63,115 bases of DNA, filler included, from Olpidium bornovanus S191 (GCA_017911155.1; 23 parts of 23 records of this genome joined end to end with filler, not necessarily neighbours in it); one strand, 5' to 3'; shown: positions 1 through 12,339, counted from the whole stretch's first letter. Notes: generated by a model not told the origin, from the letters alone. Numbers and translations: made by a program.

Positions 1-863
1 CCCACCGCTCGCAACATAGCCAGAGGCCTTTGCCCAAGCAAGAAGGTCGCGGAACACGTCGCTTTCGGTCCAAACAAGAAAAATGTCTTCTCATCAAGCA
101 GTCAAAAAAAGCTTTTGTCCTCGATGATGGCCAGCAGCAAAAGCACGTCCTTGAAATCTGCTGCCTCTGCCAGCTGGAATGCCAGTTTTCTGCAGAGGAC
201 CTTGCGTTGAGAAGGGTACGGCATCGGGCTGTGTGGGGCGTGGGGGCTGGGGCATCAAAGGTGTTACGCGTCTTGTTTTTTTTCTTCTGGCGGGGATGGG
301 GTAGCCCAGTGGGGTAGCCCAGTAAATAGCCCAGTCCCCCATCGCCGTAGGTGTGGTGATAGCAGTTTGGTCGCTCAGGTTTGACACCGGTGATAACCCA
401 CATCAACCACACCACCGTATCCCGGGTGATACGGCCATCAAAAAGTCGGTGATACGAGAAAACGGCTCTCTAATGGTTTGACACCCCCTATTGTGAGGGG
501 AAACGGCCATGTGCAAATCCTGCCTGTAGACGGAGGCTGCTCGCCACGACTTTCATAAAACTGTAAAAAGGGAAAAGGGGGCAAAAAAAAAAACTCTCTC
601 TCCCCGGGTTCTGCCAGTCCCACCGCCCCATGAAGAGGACCCCGCCGTCGACTCCGCAACTCCTCGACACCGCCGCCTGCTAACGGCTCGTCGCGCACCC
701 CGACGGACCGCGCCGGGCGTTCCGCCCGCTCCTCACGCTCCCGTTCGCCCGCCGTCCTCCGGCGTCCTTCTTTCGCCGACACGCGAAAACCGGCCCTCCG
801 ATCAGCCGTCATTCCAGCCCCCCCCTCCCCCCCCTCTGCCCCCGCGAGCGCCGGCCCAAATCC

Positions 864-2316
864 ATGGCCGTGTCCCCAACCTCCCCCGCCCCACCGTTCG
901 CCGGGCACCGGCTGGTCCCGAAAACCACGCTGTCACAGAGGCAGACCCGCAGCGCGACCGGCCCATTCGCGGCGGACACGGTGGCGCCAGCCGGCGACAT
1001 CGACCCGGCGCTCGTGTACAAGAACGCGGTGACGTCGCCCGAGGAGCTTCCCGCGTCGCGGCAGCCGCGCCACTTCGCGTTAATTAAGGGCGCCCTGCTC
1101 CTGTTTTCGCTGCTGTGCCTGGTCGCCGGGATTGCCTCGGTCGCCTTCGGGGCGTACGTCGAGATGAAGAAAGGCCTCCTCTACCCCGGCACGCGGGACG
1201 TTCCGTTCAAGATTTCAACGGGTACGAGGGGGGGGGGGGAGTGGGGGCCGAAAGCGGGGTTGTCATTTGTGTTCTTTCCCCCCCCCCCCGCCTCCCCCCC
1301 TCTTCGGGAGGAGCGGGGAGGTGAGGTTGAGAGAACGGGAGGAGCGGACGATGGGAAAGGAGCGGGAGCCGGTGGAACCGGCCCCGAGGGACGCGTGCGC
1401 CCGCGGAAAAGGAAGGCGCGCGCTTCGGACGCGTCTGCCGTCCCAGGTCGCCTCTCACTAAACCCGTAAACTGACGCGATCGTCTTGCCGGACGGTCCCG
1501 CCTCCTCTGCCTCCTCCCTCCCAACACCCTGCCTCCGCTCTTTCCGCAGCCGCTATATTCCTCGGCGCCTTTGCCGCTTCCGTTGCCGGAGCGCTGCTCG
1601 CTATCGTCTACAGGAACTGGCATCCGTCGCTGCTCACGTTCGGCCTTTTCGTGCTCTGGATCGCCTTCGCCTCGTTCTCTTTGAACAGCATGATGCAGCC
1701 GCAGCCGTCAATCCAGTACGAGAGGGTGCTGTCCTGGGCGCGGATGCCGAGCGCCAACCACAAGATGTTTTTCGATCGGTTCCAGTGCTGCGGTTACGAC
1801 AACATCAGCACCTGCAACCTGAGCGCGATCGGGAAGGGCCCGGGCGTCGTCCAGACAGCGCAGTTGGCCGCGCCGGACGTGATGATCTCGGGCGACAATA
1901 TGCCGCGCCTGCGCCGGCGGCAAGTCGACACGGAGGGTGGCGGCGCCGACCCCACCGGCGGCGGCGGCGCCGACCCCGCCCAAGCCGGGGCGACCGCGGC
2001 TCCGGAGACTCCCGCAGCTCCCGCGGAGCCCACCATCCCCATGAACGGGCCCGGGGTTCCTCTGCCGATTGACGGACCGACGCAGCTCTCGCCCTCCCCG
2101 CTGCCGACTTCGGCCCAGCCCGAGGCGGTTCCGACCAGAACCGACGTTAAACCGTGCCAGCCGTACGTCGACCCGCTCATTGACGCGGAACTGGCGCACT
2201 ACAGTAAGTACTACGTGACTGCCGCCGTGTGCAGCCTGCTCCAGCTCGGATTTCTCGCCGGATTTTGGACCCTGCTCGGCAGGTGGAAGCGCGCTCGAGG
2301 TGTCGGCAGGTGGTGA
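864..2316 (+). CDS. Tetraspanin (join 864..1221,1550..2316)
   Basis: A GT-AG phase-1 intron at 1222..1549 joins two ORFs in frame. There are four hydrophobic segments (ALIKGALLLFSLLCLVAGIASVAFGAYV; AIFLGAFAASVAGALLAIV; LLTFGLFVLWIAFASFSL; YYVTAAVCSLLQLGFLAGFWTLL). The large loop carries the hallmark CCG (FQCCGYD) plus two more Cys. Confidence 0.85.
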
Positions 2317-3016
2317 GAAGAGCGAAGTCGTGTTGGCGGGGGAAAGTGGGGTGGCCTTTGCCGAACAGTCGAAAAGATCCGTCTTCTTTATACGCACACC
2401 CGCCTTCCGGTGGCCTCGTCCCAAAAGCCCTCGGGCAACCTTAACCGCACGCCTCCCCACGCTTCTCCACTCCTTTCCTACCACCGCCGAAGCCACATCG
2501 TCGCGGGCCGGTCCCGCCATTTTCCGTTCCACGATCCCCCCGAAGCGGAGGCGCTTACAGTTTTGCTGTTTATTTTTCAGAGGCTTTCCGTTTATCCTCA
2601 AAACCTCAGGAGACACCCCTTCCCTCCCGACACAAACACACGCCCACTTCTTTTGCATCGCATATATTGCTGCGGCCGGTGCGCTACGTACGGACATATC
2701 CATCGGGCAGCGAATTCCACGTGGCCACTATGCTACGCGTCTGCAGCGGACAATGGGAACAGGGGCCGTAACGCGCCTGCAGGCGTCGAAACAAAACGGG
2801 TTTGGTCGTTTGGGGTGGGCAGATTTGCTTCGCTTCCGTCCTTCGCATGCGGCAGGATTTCAGATTTTGGAAAAATAAAATTGCGCTCGATGCGCTGCAA
2901 ACGCCTTGCATAAATGCGCGCGGAGGAAGGAGAGGATAGGGGGAAGAAAGAAAGAGGGCGGTAAGGGGAGGAAAGGGAGCGGAAGGAGAGCGTTTGAAAA
3001 AAAAAAACGCGCGAGG

Positions 3017-3116
3017 NNNNNNNNNNNNNNNNNNNNNNNNNNNNNNNNNNNNNNNNNNNNTTAATTAATTAANNNNNNNNNNNNNNNNNNNNNNNNNNNN
3101 NNNNNNNNNNNNNNNN
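3017..3116. other. Artificial contig-joining spacer (first of 22)
   Basis: N44-TTAATTAATTAA-N44, with stops in all six frames. TTAATTAATTAA starts at 3061, 5140, 6571, 9098, 14480, 15586, 24441, 25564, 27979, 29132, 31670, 34027, 35708, 40351, 42378, 44678, 48666, 50353, 52629, 55643, 58641 and 61508. Confidence 0.98.
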
Positions 3117-3699
3117 GGGCGGGGGGGAAAAAATCCCCCCCCCCCCCCCCCCCGATACCACACCCACTCGCGAGCTCGCCAGCAAAACAGAAATATAAAC
3201 AAACGTAGCACTCTTCGAAGGTGTACCGGCGGTCTCCTGTTAGGTCTCCGAGCCGTCTAGTGTCGACCGCCTGCGACTGCGACGCCCCTGAGCGGGCGGT
3301 TGGCAGCTCCCGGGGGTGGAGGGCGGCAGCGGGGAGCGAGAGGAGCGCGCCAGAGCCCACGTCGAAGAGAGCTTCGAGAACTGTAAGAAGGAAACTTCGC
3401 CGTCCTGCGGCCACCCGTACTTGCGGCGAACTGCACACGTAAAACAGCCCACAGCTGTCCGTTCAAACCTGCCAAAACCCCGTCGGAGTCGACAGTCTCC
3501 CGACACCGCACGGACGACCGCCAGGATCCGTGCAGACACCTGCGAAGTGCGGGGCAGCATGGCGGGCAGCGCGCGCCGTTGCATAAATAGCGCCCTTCCC
3601 TTCTCCGTTTGTACTTTACTGTCACGGCGCGCGCCGTACGGTAAAGTCAAGTCCCTCCCGGGCTATGCCAACACGCCCCTGGGGGGAGGCAGCCCGCAG

Positions 3700-5095
3700 A
3701 GCAGATCACGTGACCCGAGATTCGCCAAGGCCACTATACACACCGGTGTGTCTAGCCGCGATATCACGTGACTGTCGCTAGTATTTCCGAGCGCCTGTAC
3801 CCGTATTCCGAACCCGTAGTCCAAATAAAAACAAAACCAAGAACGCCGTAACCACCTACAGGTTATGAGCCCAACTCGGACTCCCTTCCCACACCCCTAA
3901 AAACCCCGTCGACCCGTCAACAACTAAAGAAGGAACCATGGAGGGACAGAACCCTGTGAAGGGCACGTCAGCAGACGCCGTGGGACGCGGCGGACAGCAA
4001 GGAAGGAAGGTAAGTGCGAGAAGCACACACCCCATGGTGTCCCAGCTTATTGAGGACGCAGGAAAGGGCGAACGCGCGGGAAGCGCCGTGCCCAGGAAAA
4101 GGGGTGACCGCGCGCGAAGCGCAGTGACCACGGGGAAGGGTGACTGGGCAGGAAACGCGGAACTCGGAGGTGCGGAAAGCGCCATCGACACAGAAAAGGG
4201 TGACCGCACGGGAAGTGCGGGTGGCGCACAAGGCGCCGCCACAGAAAGGGTAAGTGAAAACCACGTGCGAAGCGCAGGAAGCGCAGAAACACTGGAAGCA
4301 CGATTTGAACAACTTCTAATCGAACGAGAGGAGGAAAAACGCGCCGCCCGCGAGCAACTAAACCTTCAACGCGCACAGTTGGATGCCCAGCGGGCGCAAA
4401 TGGAACAGCTAACCATCCTACTACAGCAGCAGCTGGCGGCACCCCGAACGAGACTCCGGGGTTCCGTACCGCAGGACTCCGACGAGGACGACTACCATGA
4501 CGAGACTGAATCAGTTGCTTCGTCTTCCCGGGTGCGGAAACACCCCTCTGTCGTGACTAACGTCTCTTCTCTCGAGAGACACCCCCGCGCTCGAACTCAA
4601 ACAGACCGCGGTGGACAGGAAAGCGACGACGAAGAAAGTAGCAGTCCGCACACCGCTGTGTGGCAAGTAAAACAACTGCTAGCCGATGTGCCTAAGTACG
4701 ATGGCCATGGCGGAGCCGACCTATTGGAAGTTTTCATCGAGAAGTTCGATACCTACAATGCCGAGAGTGGAAGGCTTGTTTCTACCACTATGAAACTAAA
4801 CCAAGCGGTTCAAAAACTCGAAAAGAAAGCCGCAAAGTTCTGGCTTGCGCATTCCCGCAAGCACCCACAGGGCGACCCAGAGCGCATAAGTACCTGGGGA
4901 GAACTGCGTTCCGTGCTGCGTAAACAGTTTTACCCTTTTAACTATGAAGAGCAACTGCGTACCAAGTTAGCAGACATGAACTTGTCGAAATATGCTAACG
5001 TTTTTTCATACATAGACGCATTTAACGGAGTTTTTATGCAGATCCCGGACGCCGAAAAGGACGACAAGCAGTATATGCTGATGTTTAAACAAGGA
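3700..5095 (+). mobile_element. LTR retrotransposon 5' part: LTR end, PBS and gag (truncated by gap)
   Basis: ...CTACA at 3856-3860 is followed directly by GGTTATGAGCCC (3861-3872), complementary to the initiator tRNA-Met anticodon arm. The gag ORF follows. The LTR left edge was not located. Confidence 0.8.
3938..5095 (+). CDS. Retrotransposon Gag (capsid domain, Retrotrans_gag-like), partial
   Basis: Coiled-coil LEARFEQLLIEREEEKR, then VPKYDG...ISTWGELRSVLRKQFYPFNYEEQLRTKLADM...VFSYIDAF...FKQG. Confidence 0.75.
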
Positions 5096-5197
5096 NNNNN
5101 NNNNNNNNNNNNNNNNNNNNNNNNNNNNNNNNNNNNNNNTTAATTAATTAANNNNNNNNNNNNNNNNNNNNNNNNNNNNNNNNNNNNNNNNNNNNAG

Positions 5198-5278
<81 letters not shown>

Positions 5279-5288
5279 ACCCCCCCCA

Positions 5289-5325
<37 letters not shown>

Positions 5326-5516
5326 AAAGAAAAGAGAAAACCTCTCTTCCGCGCCACCCGCAGGCTGCACTCTCTTTCCCGCCACCGCCCCTCCTCTCTC
5401 CTCCCCTCCCCGCCGCGTCCCGTGTCGCTGGCCCCCCGCCGCCCCTGCCCCGTCAACCCCCCTCCCTCTCTCTCTCCTCGCCGGTTCGCGCCTCTGACCC
5501 CGGGCCGGGCAAAGTC

Positions 5517-6526
5517 ATGTCGTTTAGCGACTTCCAACGCGGCCGCAGCCCGACGAGGTCGCCGCCCGCGAGGCAGTTTATGGGCTTGGACGCCTCCTCC
5601 GCTGGCTCTGCATGGCCCCACCAGTCGCCATTCGGCGCCGTGGCGGGCCCGCCGCGCGTCGGATCGTTGCCCGTGTCGCATGCCGCGCTCTCGCCTCTCT
5701 GTAAGGGTCGGGAAGAGAGGCGCTGGGGAACGGGCGGGGAAGACCACGAGCAGAATGCCGCGTGTTGCAATTGGTTGCTCCCTGCAACAACGTTGGGAAG
5801 AGTGTCGGCGAACGACGCCTCACGGAGGGCTGCCGGTGCCTTGGCGCGAATCCTGGGGACCGCCGTCGGCTTACTGTGCACCGCTGCGAGAGAAGGTGCA
5901 CTTGCGGTCACAGGCTGCGGAGCTGCGTCGGTGTCTCCGCCGGGCAATTGCTGAGCTCTTCGCCAGCTTCCTGTGGCGAAGACTCTCTTGGACTTTATTT
6001 TTGGGGAAATGCTCGCCCTTTCAAACGTAGTCTCAATTTTGTTGCAAACATCTGCGGCAACGTGAACGAAAGCTTATTCCCTTAGTTGTTGCAATGCTCC
6101 CAGTGCGTAACTGCCAACGTCTGCTGACAGTATGCACTTTTACCTCAACGTCGTGCTTCCCCGGCAGACGTCGCAAACGAGCTCACGTACGCGGAGCTCA
6201 CGGACAAGATAAAGCAGTTCGTGTACAAGGTCCAAGACAAAATCTCCTCAATCAACGAGCAAGTGAATTACCTCGGCACTACGATGGACACCCAGAGCAC
6301 TCGGGATCATCTGTATGGTTAAGCAAATAACCTCGGTCCCGAAACGGGTGAACTGCACCTGTATCCTTTTTTTTGAGACCTCGGAGCGCCTGCGTGCTTT
6401 GCAGACATGAATTGATGGAGTCCACGCGGGAGATTATTAAACGGACGACGGAGCACATCAAGTCTTTATCCTTTCTGGTGAACGAGCCGGGTGTTGACAA
6501 CGTGAGAGGGCAAGATTTTAGCCTGC
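5517..6526 (+). CDS. Syntaxin (Pep12/Vam3/STX7-like) N-terminal Habc region, partial
   Basis: Exons 5517..5700, 6168..6312 and 6405.. join in frame through GT-AG introns: KISSINEQVNYLGTTMDTQSTRDHL|HELMESTREIIKRTTEHIKSL. Confidence 0.75.
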
Positions 6527-6626
6527 NNNNNNNNNNNNNNNNNNNNNNNNNNNNNNNNNNNNNNNNNNNNTTAATTAATTAANNNNNNNNNNNNNNNNNN
6601 NNNNNNNNNNNNNNNNNNNNNNNNNN

Positions 6627-8441
6627 CATGGTCTGCACCCTCGAGAACAATTCGCGGAGGGGCGAGAAAATGAGGACTTGAAGAACTCTATCCCTCGCCA
6701 AAATGATCTCCGTTCTTTGGGAGGCCGACGTCCGTTGACGTCGGAAAACTTCTTTGGCGTCCGGCGGCGGCCTCGCGGTGAGCGGAAGGGAGGATACCGA
6801 AAAGAAGAAAAAAAGATGAAAAGAAGTCGGGGATGGCCGAAAGAGGAAAAGCACTGCTGTGTTTTAAATGTTACCATACCGGTCACTTCAAGCGCAATTG
6901 CCGAACGAAGAAGGCTAAGGAAAAGGAAAAAGATAAAGAGAAAAAGGCGTGGCATGGGGTAGGCTTCGCATTGGTGACGCGGGGGCCGCTGACGGCGACG
7001 ACGAGGCGGTGGGGCAGGTTCTCCGTAGGGACATCGTCGGCTGCGCACGGGCAATTGCTGCTGGATAGCAGGAGCTCGTTCCATGTCACGGGATCCTCCC
7101 GAGATCTCCGGGATCTAACCCCGTGCATGATGCAAATCATCACTGGGGACGGGAAGACACTGCGTGCCACATACCACGGAACATTGGCTGTTCAGTCCGA
7201 AGAGACCGGAGCAGAGGCGACTTTTCGCCCAGGTTGCTGGCCGTCCCGGGTTGACGAGCAGCGTGATTTCTCTTGGTCCTCTCGGAAGGAAGAGAGTTTG
7301 TGCAAAGTTCTTCGACGGCGAATGTCATCTTACTCGAGACAAGGTTCCCATCGTGTCGGCTGTCCGCACAGCCTGAGGCGTTTACCAATTACGCGCGCGG
7401 GTTCTTGCGGGCGGCGGGAGTGGAATGAGGGCGGGCGTGGGCGCATGCCTTGCGCATGTAGTCACTAATTCCGGCCCAGGAAAAATTCTACGACTCTGTC
7501 GCGCCCTCTACGGCCTCAAGCAAGCCGGCCGCGCTTAGGAACAACGTTTGCAAGAGGCGATTCGGTGGCGACATTTAGATAATGAAGCCTATGTACGAAC
7601 CGAATCGGATTGAACAAAGACTTGGTTACTCACAAGGGTGGATGACCTTTCCATCTTCTTGTCAAAAAAGGAGCATATTCGAAGGGTCAAGGATAAGCCG
7701 CAGGAAGACTTCAGGATCGCCGAGGTCGATTGCCCGGTTCACTGTTGGGAATTCACCCGCGGAAAAGCGAGACATTAGACTCAGCCAGATCGCGTACATC
7801 GAAAGCTGGGGGAGCGGTTCGGGATAATTGACTACTCCTCATTATGGACTTCTAACGGTGTTGGCAAGAAGAATGCCGTTGATGACCGCGGTAAACCATT
7901 GGACATTGAGGGAAAGCGTCGGTATCGAAAGCTGGTGGGGGCACTCAAATTCGCAGCAACGGGAACAAGACCGGACATCGCCTTCTCGGTCGTTTGTCTC
8001 GGGCGCCGTCAAGCGGCTTCAAGCAAATTGGACTGGACACTTGCGCTGCGAGTCCTGCGATATTCTCTGACCACGAAGACCTTCCTCGGGCTGGTATATT
8101 GCCTGAGGTGGCCCCGGCCTCATCGGATGATGCAGACTCTGCCGAGCGCCGTGAAACCCGGCAAGCACATCGACGTGGGACACCACTTCATCCGTTAGTG
8201 CGCCGGGCGGGGAAACGTGATTTGGTCAATCCGACGTCCTCACCAAGACGCTTGCGCGTGTCAAACACGAACGTCAGGCCACGGAATTAGTAATACGGGA
8301 ACGGTGCTGCACCTCGGGCAGGCGTTGGCATCACGGGGGAGTCTTAGCCGTAGTAGACTATGTCACGTGACCTCACCCTGTGAAACCCGGCTGTGCACAC
8401 CTAAACGGCGTAAATGCAACGTCAACTTTCAAACACTAACA
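6627..8441 (+). mobile_element. Degenerate, internally deleted Ty1/copia element
   Basis: CCHC knuckle CFKCYHTGHFKRNC; copia protease-like LLDSRSSFHVT; RT motifs LYGLKQAGRA*, WVDDL and SQIAYIE; RYRKLVGALKFAATGTRPDIAF; RNase H end KHIDVGHHFIR. Many frameshifts; PPT GGGGGAG at 8335-8341. Confidence 0.9.
8342..8441 (+). repeat. 3' LTR, about 100 bp
   Basis: Follows the PPT. Begins TCTTAG (probably mutated TGTTAG) and ends CTAACA, its inverted repeat. Confidence 0.6.
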
Positions 8442-9153
8442 ACACACAAGGGCGTGCGATTGCGCCGATTGTTGCATCGTAAGCACTCGGCGGCGCGCTT
8501 AGACGTCCATTTGAGCATATGCGGGAATTAGCGTCTTACCGGCGTACGGAAAGGGCCGAAAAGTCCGCATCCGCCTGCCTGCCGAGACCGCCGTCGGCGT
8601 CAGCAACAAAGGCTCTCGTCCGTTTCGCAAAGGCGCATAAACGCGGCGGCGCCGGCCGATTCCGCAGGCGGAAGAGAAATCCCGTCCCGGAACCCCCGAC
8701 ACTCTCGCCCGCGAGATCTCCACGCGCGCTTGCTTTTTCCTCGAAACCGACGATATCACCAATCGTCTCTCCATCCCCGGGCCCAGCAACGCCAACGCCG
8801 CCGGCGCCGCCGGCGCGGGCGGTGCGAGCGCTCGCCGACGCGGCCGCGGCGAGCAGGCCCGCCGGCTTGCCACTCGGCGGACCCTCCATGCGTCTCCCCC
8901 GCGATTTCGGGAACGGCGGCGGGGCGGGGTGGGCGGAGGAAGTTCTACTGAGCGCGCTGGAGAAAAAGCAAAACAGTTGGCGCTGACCAAAACAAACCGA
9001 CCTCGACCAGTCGGCGAAGCGACCGGAGGAGCGGCGGTGGACGCGCGACAGGGNNNNNNNNNNNNNNNNNNNNNNNNNNNNNNNNNNNNNNNNNNNNTTA
9101 ATTAATTAANNNNNNNNNNNNNNNNNNNNNNNNNNNNNNNNNNNNNNNNNNNN

Positions 9154-11990
9154 CCATGGAGATTCCACCGTCCCGCAGCACGCCAGCCAGCTCCTCCATC
9201 TCCCGACGCAGCCGCGCGTTCTCATTCCGCATAAGTCGAAACCGCGCGCGGGCCGACTCGATGTCGCGCTTGAGAGCCAAGACGTCCTAGTAAGAAATCA
9301 AGCAACGCGAGGGGAACAAATTAACCGGAATTGGTGAGGCAAAAAACGATTTGCAAAGGGTGAACTGGTGCCGGCCTCACCTGCGCATGCTGCGTATTCA
9401 CGTCCTCCAGGGCCTCCTTTATCTTTTTTTCGCTTGCGGCAATGAGTTGCGCTTCCCGTTCCTGATGCTACGGTCAGAACAGATCGCCGCGCCCGAGAGT
9501 TGAGTTTAAGCAATTACAAATCGAGGCGCCGCCAAACAGGACGAAACAATTCGTTTTCTGTCACCTTCTTCTCCTCATCCTTCATACGAACGTCAAAGGA
9601 TTTAAGCTCTTGTCTCGCTTTCTCAGCAATTCTCGTGGCCTGGCTGAGTTTGCGGAAACGAGCTTGCAGCGCGTCGTACTCTGCCGTTAGTACACGGACC
9701 TGTAGGAAATAAATGGCAGAGAAATATTAAGTTTTAACGCAGCGAAAAGAAACGCAACACAACCACCCAAGTCATTGAACTGCGCAAAAAAGGGGAAACG
9801 AGCGCTCACTTTCTCCTCGATCCCATCCCGCACATCTTGTACACTCTTGGCGGCCTTCTCCCTCTCCTCCCGGACTGCCCTCTCCTTTTCCTCGCGTCCG
9901 CTCGTTTCAGCGTCGACTAACGCCTGCTTCAACTGGAAGACTTCGTCCCTAAGCGCCTGTTTATCGTCGATTGCCTGCTGGCAACGAGTCTCACGGTCGC
10001 GCAGGTTGGCAGAAAAAATCCGAAGCCCATCTGACAGGCGGACGACAGAAGCCGACAGGTCTTCGATTTGGGCGGCGCAGCCCAAGGCTGGCGAAGGCAA
10101 TTTCTGCCTTCTGCCATCTCTTTTTGCTTCCATCCCCATTTCTGGGTTGGCCGCGTCGAGCGCCGCTTCAACTACGCTTCGGATTGTCCTGATCCTGTCT
10201 TCGACCGTCTCAATCTCGGCGTACAACTTGCGGATCTTTTCCGCCGCCCTCTCCGCTTCCTCCGCTTTTTCCTCCGCCTCTCTCCGGAGTATCTCGCGCT
10301 CCCTGCGCTCCTTCTCGGTCTCCTCATCGGCCTCACGCTTCACGCGCTCGAAGTCGCCTACTGCCTCGCACAGGCGGCGCTCCAGCTCCGCGTTGCGGGC
10401 AAGCAGCTCCTCGTTGCGGCGGGAGGCTTCCTCCGCCTGATTCAATTGCAGAGCGTGCGCGGCCCGCAAGCGCTCGGCCTCCTCGTTAAGCGTCTCGGCC
10501 CTTGCGACGGCCTGGTCGGCCCGTGCGATGAGGTTCTCATGGCGCTGCTGGGATTCAGAAAGGAGAGTGGACAGCGAGGCCGTACTCGTCGAGGAGCGGC
10601 TGATGTGTTCCAGGAGAGACTGAGAAGTCGATCGAACCGCGGTGGCCGGGTCCCGGAAGAGCGCTTTGTAAACCGGGAGGCCATTGGCTTCGCCTGTAGC
10701 GAACATGTTTAACATGCAGGGATGTGGCAAACAAACCTGCTTTTCCGCGATCAACCGTTTCATCGCGTGTCGAAGGCACTCCTGCTCTGCCTCCCGCTCA
10801 AGGTCACACGGAAAAGCGCCTGTGGAGATATTGTCCGAGTAGTAGGAATGTGGTAGCTGGGACGGCGCTGCAATGCTGGGCGCTCTGTAGCCACCACCGT
10901 AGCTGCCGCTCACAGCCGGGATCGGACCCTGGTCAGCTGACGAAGCGGTATTCTCGGTGGAGGCGGCTCGCAATTGGCTAGTAATGGTGCACAATCTGAA
11001 TCAACATAAAATCCCGTACCCGGGCGAGGTGTTTCGCCGTCCATGGGACGGCCTTTTTCTCCCGGGAATTGTTCGCCATAAAGGAGACAACGTATTCCTG
11101 TTCAACGCAGAGGTTCTCTGGCCCTTGTTTACGCACAGGATCAAGCTGTCCCGTTCGAGGATCTGGACGCGGGCCTTCTCCAGCTCAAGAACCAGTTTCT
11201 CTCTTGTGAAGAATTCCGCGTCATACTCGGTGGCGCCTCTGACAGGCTTTTGGTAGGAGCGAAATGGTGCTAAGATAATCAGGATGATAAAGTACCAACG
11301 GCGAAATCGCGCACGCGCTCTTCTACCTTTCCCGTCGTTGTTTCTTGGGGGTTTGCCCGCCCTCCGTTGCCGCCTCCGGGCCGCATCTCCGGGCTCTGGC
11401 TTATAACCGGTTGTCAAAGACATGAACTGCTTAGGAACTGTCGGTTCTGCCGACGAAAAACGGCCCTGGAGTGTCGTCCAGCAAATTTTTCCCCGACTCG
11501 CGCGATATCCGTGCCAACGCGCGCAGGAAGCGGCGCCGAACAAACCTTTCCGGCAAACGGCTCGTTCCCTAATGCTCTCCCCTTCAGCCCGTCTTTGGAA
11601 AGTGCCGATCCCGACGCCTTTGTCTGTCTCCTGCTCTGGGACAGCAAAGGATACCGGCTGTACACGTCACCGCCCGGCCGACAGCGGTCGGATCCGGCCG
11701 CGCCTGTGGACGCCAGCATCGCCACTATGCTCCCGGAGCTTTTCAGTGGAACGCGCCGTCGCAAAATGCCGAAGGGGCTCGTTGGCCCCGCCACGAAGGG
11801 TACTCCCTAAATAAATGTGGCTGCGAACTTGGCCGGTGAAAGAGGGAGGGTTTCAGCACATAATAAAAAAAAACTGTGATGTGCCCGGCGCGAACCGAGC
11901 GACGCGTGGGGAAACCTGCAAGCCGATTTTTGAAGCCGGCCTGGCGAGTTGCTCCTTCGCGGCGGAGCGCGTGCGCTTCGCCCCGGACGG
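9154..11990 (-). CDS. Multi-exon long coiled-coil protein of unknown function, 3' partial
   Basis: The 435-aa ORF 9687..10994 is rich in E/R/A/K heptads. In-frame-looking flanking exons include EKLVLELEKARVQILERDSL, VRVLTAEYDALQARFRKL and ALKRDIESARARFRLMRNEN. Exon boundaries are approximate. Confidence 0.65.
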
Positions 11991-12339
11991 GACGCCGGCC
12001 GGAGGCGCTCCGCCGCTGCCGCCGGCGAGCGCTGGGCGGCGTCGCCCCGCGGCGAGAACCCGCTGGCAGCGCACGGCCCGCAGCAGCGGGCGGTTCACGA
12101 CCCGCGAAACCTCGTGTGGGGGAAGCGGGTAGGGAACGCGGCGAGGTGGCAGGTAGCAGTCCGCTGGAGTTTTTGGCCGGGCGGCGGGCTCCCGATCTGC
12201 CCCTCTAGCCTCTGCTGGCGGTGGCGGAGGGGTGGACGGGTTCTGGTGTGACGTTCGTCCCGGAACCGAGGGGCGCTTGCGGTGCGGCCTCTCGCTGTGG
12301 GCCACGCCAAAAGGGTCGCCTTTTCCAGCGGGAGGAAGT

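Noticed and set aside
376-492. Two GGTTTGACAC motifs with an adjacent C run, suggesting an LTR edge
   Set aside because: No matching second terminus and no retroelement coding sequence nearby.
3061-3072. TTAATTAATTAA palindrome recurring 22 times
   Set aside because: Assembly linker flanked by fixed N runs, not a genomic repeat.
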